Shown here: positions 59,902 to 64,000 of the stretch, one piece after another
Layout: every line of letters starts with the position of its first letter
How positions within the stretch are numbered: the first letter of the stretch is position 1
Translations under genes and position numbers: made by a program
The notes under the pieces: model-generated
What the model was told of the DNA's origin: nothing
Databases searched by the model: none
What the model saw: only the letters and a program-made list of their open reading frames with translations
Assembly: GCA_913009825.1 (NCBI GenBank)
Contig: CAJVYQ010000019.1
Coordinates: 2,980 to 66,979 of the forward strand
Reading direction: 5' to 3'
DNA length: 64,000 nt
Source: an uncultured Deferribacteres bacterium
GTDB taxonomy: Bacteria > Zhuqueibacterota > JdFR-76 > DREG01

Positions 59902-59999
59902 AACTGAGCGATCCTTCTGTCATTCAGCCTGCCCGCAGCAGGCGGGGAGGAATCTTTTTGAGTATAAGCACTAAAATATCAAGATCCCTACCGAATGAC
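59902..59999. repeat. Mosaic palindromic element (AACTGAGCGATCC, GTCATTCAG...CGAATGAC, CCTGCCCGCAGCAGGCGGGG)
   Basis: It combines a family-A-like terminus fragment, the CCTGAATGAC-type inverted repeat seen at 4.8 kb, and the CCTGC..GCAGCAGGC hairpin seen at 3.2 and 8.25 kb. Confidence 0.45.
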
Positions 60000-60400
60000 A
60001 TTTCACTCATCAGGTGATAGTCTGAAGTTCAGAATCACTTGATTAAAGTTTTACCTAAATCGAACCGCAAAAAAAGAGAAAAAAGTGACGGCACTAACGC
60101 TAAAAAATGCTCTCTCCCTGGAGGTTAAATATTCGAAAAATTAGTAAGTACTCAAAAACATCAAATAGTCCGGATAAAATCCTGTAAATTTTTACAAAGC
60201 AGCTGTGGCAAATTCAGTTGTGGTTCCGGTTCTTACGTTGAAAGCTAATTAATATTTTTAAACAGGTTTTCACTAAGTGTAAGTCTACGATGTTCTTTAA
60301 TCATAGTTTCACACATTTTTCTTAAATTTAATATTTATGACAATATTGTCAAGTATTTTTTTTATTTTATAGAAAGAAAATTATTTTACAATACTTGTTT

Positions 60401-60536
60401 GTAACTATTCAGGATCAAAATGATTATGTTGGCAGTTGTTTTACATCCTCCGTGCCCCCTCAAAGAGGGTCTATTATAATCCCCCTTCTGAAGGGTACGG
60501 AAGGTGTGTATTCATTTTACCTGAATCATGACTACC
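60401..60536. mobile_element. MITE/REP-like element, family E
   Basis: GTAACTATTCAGGATC ... ACCTGAATCATGACTACC termini, with CCCCCTCAAAGAGGG and CCCCCTTCTGAAGGG hairpins. It aligns with the reverse complement of 23386-23510. Confidence 0.65.
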
Positions 60537-60554
60537 AAAGGAGTTTCTTTAAAG

Positions 60555-60672
60555 CCTGAACTGAGCGATTGCAGGGCGATTCGCTGAATCGCCAACAGGA
60601 TTTACACTAAAAAATGAAAACCCGTTTGGTAACAGCAACAAGTTTAAAAACAAGAGAATCACTCAATTCAGG
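60555..60672 (+). mobile_element. MITE family A, copy 5 (forward, complete)
   Basis: CCTGAACTGAGCGATTGCAGGGCGATTCGCTGAATCGCCAACAGGATTTACAC...AAAATGAAAACCCGTTTGGTAAC...AAGAGAATCACTCAATTCAGG. The terminal inverted repeat is about 16 bp. Confidence 0.85.
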
Positions 60673-60679
60673 GCAAACA

Positions 60680-63625
60680 TTATTTTCCCGATAATGGATC
60701 AGGGCGTACTGTGATTATACTTGAGCAGGTCTTTTCTCCAACCGTCATTTTTACAAGATATTGCCCCGGCTTCGCCTGCACGCCGGGAATTTTAAAATAA
60801 GAGATGCCGGCTAATTTTTTATCCAGTTGCTGAACTAATTTCCTAATGTTCCGGGAAGTCATTTCGGTTTTGAGTGCATTTTGGCACCGGGTGAGAAGTT
60901 GGCGCTGCTCCGCAGTAAGCGGCCGGTCTCGCAGTGTCCTTGTAATCAGCGGTTGCATTCTTTTGCTGTACTGCCGGATCTGCGCCGGTGTGGGATCGAA
61001 CTGCAAATCCCACAACAAGCGGTTGATTCCGGGTAAACCGGTCACCGTTATGGTTCGTTTCAGCATTCCGGAAATATCGGTAATCTCAAAAGTTACATCG
61101 CCGGCAGGTTTGGTTTTCAAATAGTAATCGATGAGACCGCCGTTGATCAATTTTGCCCGTACTATATCGGCACGTTTGGGGATGTACGGCGGATTTTCAC
61201 CGGCAAAAAACTGCTGTCCCCGTACTCCGCCGCGGGAGGCGTCTTCCCATATCGTAATGGGTCGATTTTTAAAAATGTGCGCATCCGCCTGTAATACTTC
61301 CCGGTTCAATTGCTGCAACGGCGTAATATCATCCAGAATCCAGATAGAACGGCCGTGGGTAGCGGCGATCAGATCTCCGTCCCGGGGATGAATCACCAGA
61401 TCCTGGATAGCTACGGTGGGCAAATTATTCATGAAACGAAACCAATTTTTCCCGCCGTCCAGTGAAGCATAGCAAGCAAACTCCGAACCGGCAAAAAGAA
61501 GATTTTTATTTTTTAAATCCTCACGAATCACGTACATGCTGTTCCCGGCAGGAATGTTTCCGGTAATTTTCACCCAGTTTTTGCCGTAATCTTCGGTTTT
61601 ATAAATCCAGGTTGCATAATCGGCGCTGCGGTGACCGTCAAAAGTGATGTAACAGGTCCCTTCTGCGAAATGGGAAGCTTCCACGCTGCTCACCCAGATT
61701 CCTTTCGGCACACCGGAGATCTTTTTTCGGACATTGGTCCAGGTGACACCGCCGCTACGGGTGACCTGCACATTGCCATCGTCGGTTCCGGCCCAAAGTA
61801 ATCGAGGGTTTATCGGGGATTCCGAAAATGCCGTGATAGAACAATAAGTTTCCGCGCCGGTTACATCTCTCGTTAAACCGCCCGAATCACGTTTGATTTT
61901 TTCCGCATCGTTGATGGACAAATCCGGACTGATGATCAGCCAGTGATAGCCTTCATCGATGGATTTAAACAGATAATTTCCGCTTAGATAAAGAACTTTG
62001 GGATTGTGTGATGACATGACGAGCGGCGCCCGCCAATTGAAGCGAAATTGCTGTGGTAACCGATTGCCGCGCACGGGTGTTTTGCGTTGCACAAAATCAG
62101 CATAATTGATAATATTACCCGGATTAGGCCGGGTTGACTCCACCTGCCGAGTCTCGGCATTGTATCGCCGGAAACTGCCGTTCTCCGCTTCGGTGTAAAC
62201 TTTACGCCAGTCCGTAGGATCGATCTGAGCAAACATGCCGTCGCCCCAGTGCAATTTCCACCAGCTATCCGCCATAATTCCACGCACATCTTTACTGAAA
62301 CTTGGGCCTCCCCAACTGCCGTTGTCCTGAGTGCCGCCGTAAATATAGTACGGATCACGCATATCCACGCCGATGGCATAAAATTGCCCGATGGGCATGT
62401 TATCGAACAGAACGAAGGATTTCCCCTGATCGTGGGTTAGCGTCAATCCTTTATCTTTGCCCAGATAGTAGCGATCTTTATACGTGGGGTCCAACCACAT
62501 GGCATGGTAGTCGAGCCCGCCCTCGAAGGACAATCCGCCGGGTTGAAAGGTCTTCCCGCCGTCCCGGGACAAGCGGATTGTGGTTGTTAACACATAAACC
62601 AATCGATCGTCAAGCGGATTGATGCGAATCTGGCTGTAGTAAAAAGGCCGGTTGTTGTAACGGTTCAAAAATTGCCAGCTTTCACCACCGTCTTCGGAGC
62701 GATAGATGCCGCTGCCGAGTTTCGTCATATTTTTGTAATCGGGACTGTTTCGCCGAGGATGAAATCCATATTCCACGATAGCCATGATAATGTTGGGATT
62801 TTTACGGTAAATATCCAAACCGATCCGGCCGGTTTCTCCCTGCGGCAACCCATTGGTCAGCTTACGCCAGCTTTTGCCGCCGTCGGTGGTTTTGAAAATG
62901 CCGCCGTTAGGCCCGCCGCTGTCGAACCGGTACGGTTTGCGTAAACGCCGGTAAAACGCTGCATATAACGTATTTGGCTCGGACAGATCCATTACCAGAT
63001 CGATGACGCCGGTTTTGCCGTTGTTCGGTAAACCGTTGGTAAGTTTTTGCCAGGTCGTGCCGCCGTCCACGGTTTTGAACAAGCCGCGCTCGCCGATGTA
63101 GCCCCACAGGTTGCCGATTGCCGCCACATACACGATGAGAGGATTTTCAGGATGCGTAACAATCCGCGCAATCTGATAACTGTTTTTCAAACCGACATTT
63201 TTAAAGCTTTTTCCCCCGTCGATCGATTTGTAAACCCCATCTCCCCAGGCGACGCTGTTGCGGTTGTTGGCCTCACCGGTGCCAACCCAGATGATATTGG
63301 GATTTTTCTGAAATATTTTAATATCGCCAATGGAGGCGCTGCCGTAATGTTCGAAAATCGGCTGCCAGGTAATACCGGCATTGTCCGATTTCCACACGCC
63401 GCCGGAGGCAGAAGCCACAATTACATGAGTAAAATCGTTATCCAGCGCTTCCACATCCACAATCCGCCCGGCAAAATTGGCAGGCCCGATGCAGCGCCAT
63501 TTCATTGCGCGAAAAAGATTATCCGCACTCATTTGAGAGTAAACCGGGGAGATCGCGAAGGCGGCCACCATCCCCGCCAACAGGTTGAAAAACAAGCGAC
63601 GAAACAGAGTTTTGGATTTCATCAT
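60680..63625 (-). CDS. Large secreted BNR/Asp-box, sortilin(VPS10)-like tandem beta-propeller protein
   Basis: 981 aa with a signal peptide and repeated S.D.G.[ST]W boxes (SDNAGITWQ, SIDGGKSFK, TVDGGTTWQ, TTDGGKSWR, SEDGGESWQ, SRDGGKTFQ, TRSGGVTWT, TEDYGKNWV, SLDGGKNWF). Confidence 0.7.
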   Translation of the reverse strand: MMKSKTLFRRLFFNLLAGMVAAFAISPVYSQMSADNLFRAMKWRCIGPANFAGRIVDVEALDNDFTHVIVASASGGVWKSDNAGITWQPIFEHYGSASIGDIKIFQKNPNIIWVGTGEANNRNSVAWGDGVYKSIDGGKSFKNVGLKNSYQIARIVTHPENPLIVYVAAIGNLWGYIGERGLFKTVDGGTTWQKLTNGLPNNGKTGVIDLVMDLSEPNTLYAAFYRRLRKPYRFDSGGPNGGIFKTTDGGKSWRKLTNGLPQGETGRIGLDIYRKNPNIIMAIVEYGFHPRRNSPDYKNMTKLGSGIYRSEDGGESWQFLNRYNNRPFYYSQIRINPLDDRLVYVLTTTIRLSRDGGKTFQPGGLSFEGGLDYHAMWLDPTYKDRYYLGKDKGLTLTHDQGKSFVLFDNMPIGQFYAIGVDMRDPYYIYGGTQDNGSWGGPSFSKDVRGIMADSWWKLHWGDGMFAQIDPTDWRKVYTEAENGSFRRYNAETRQVESTRPNPGNIINYADFVQRKTPVRGNRLPQQFRFNWRAPLVMSSHNPKVLYLSGNYLFKSIDEGYHWLIISPDLSINDAEKIKRDSGGLTRDVTGAETYCSITAFSESPINPRLLWAGTDDGNVQVTRSGGVTWTNVRKKISGVPKGIWVSSVEASHFAEGTCYITFDGHRSADYATWIYKTEDYGKNWVKITGNIPAGNSMYVIREDLKNKNLLFAGSEFACYASLDGGKNWFRFMNNLPTVAIQDLVIHPRDGDLIAATHGRSIWILDDITPLQQLNREVLQADAHIFKNRPITIWEDASRGGVRGQQFFAGENPPYIPKRADIVRAKLINGGLIDYYLKTKPAGDVTFEITDISGMLKRTITVTGLPGINRLLWDLQFDPTPAQIRQYSKRMQPLITRTLRDRPLTAEQRQLLTRCQNALKTEMTSRNIRKLVQQLDKKLAGISYFKIPGVQAKPGQYLVKMTVGEKTCSSIITVRPDPLSGK

Positions 63626-63710
63626 TTTCTCCTCTAAAATGCGGTTTCACTTTTTTTAACCGTTGCGAGCCAGATTTTACTCAGGGGAAAACCGGTATTC
63701 GGCAACGATT

Positions 63711-64000
63711 TTATGGAACTGGGTCCGGCGATTCTTCAAACAGAACATTTCCCGCTGCCGGAGCCATTTTTTTATTGCTGCGTGCTACACCCGGAACCGT
63801 TGCTAATTTTCGGTTAAACGCTACACCCAAGGAATTTGCCATCTGTCTGCAAGCATTATAAAAGGTGTGTCCCCTTTCAAAACGGTAAGCGCCCTGTTTC
63901 ATTGCTTGCGGCGTCCTGCGCAGGCTTTTGTGTTGAGGATCAATGTCTGCTTCGCCTAAGAGAACCGTAACATCTTTGGAAAACAGATTTTTCAAATGCT
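63711..64000 (-). CDS. Hypothetical protein, C-terminal fragment (the gene continues beyond the window)
   Basis: The reading frame is open to the window edge. The listed M is a translated TTG 5 nt from the end. I recognise no motif. Confidence 0.35.
   Translation of the reverse strand, partial: HLKNLFSKDVTVLLGEADIDPQHKSLRRTPQAMKQGAYRFERGHTFYNACRQMANSLGVAFNRKLATVPGVARSNKKMAPAAGNVLFEESPDPVP

Overview
The window is a 64-kb chromosomal segment from a Gram-negative heterotroph. A SusC/SusD pair, a T9SS-type C-terminal sorting domain, a GWxTD protein and a Reg_prop/Y_Y_Y hybrid sensor kinase suggest an FCB-group or Calditrichota-like organism, but taxonomy cannot be proven from sequence alone. I call about 36 intact protein genes, two gene remnants and one frameshifted gene. 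I found no rRNA, tRNA or CRISPR array. Most genes are glycan or peptide scavenging functions: an SSS and an MFS-NHS transporter, a heparinase II/III-like protein, four Gfo/Idh/MocA oxidoreductases, a frameshifted GH2 beta-galactosidase, C69 and S9B peptidases, a D-aminoacylase and an APC permease. Three things stand out. (1) At 13.9-22.1 kb there is an eight-gene operon with a good sigma-54 promoter and a nested-palindrome enhancer site. It encodes a chimeric Tmc/Hmc/DsrMKJOP-type transmembrane redox complex with a 16-haem lipoprotein cytochrome c, a 47-aa HmcD-like peptide missing from the ORF track, and two upstream cytoplasmic accessory proteins (one NifX-like, one Trp-rich 10-repeat). (2) At 25.9-29.7 kb a DmsA-like molybdoenzyme without a Tat signal is paired with a DmsB-DmsC fusion protein, and the catalytic gene is bracketed by two copies of one MITE-like element. 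(3) Nearly every intergenic region carries short palindromic MITE/REP-like elements. These fall into several mosaic families that share CCTGAAT-core termini. Also present are a segmental duplication carrying a diverged 3-prime gene fragment, a 235-bp tandem duplication and a truncated GH29 remnant. All product calls rest on motif-level reading of the translations, with no database search.
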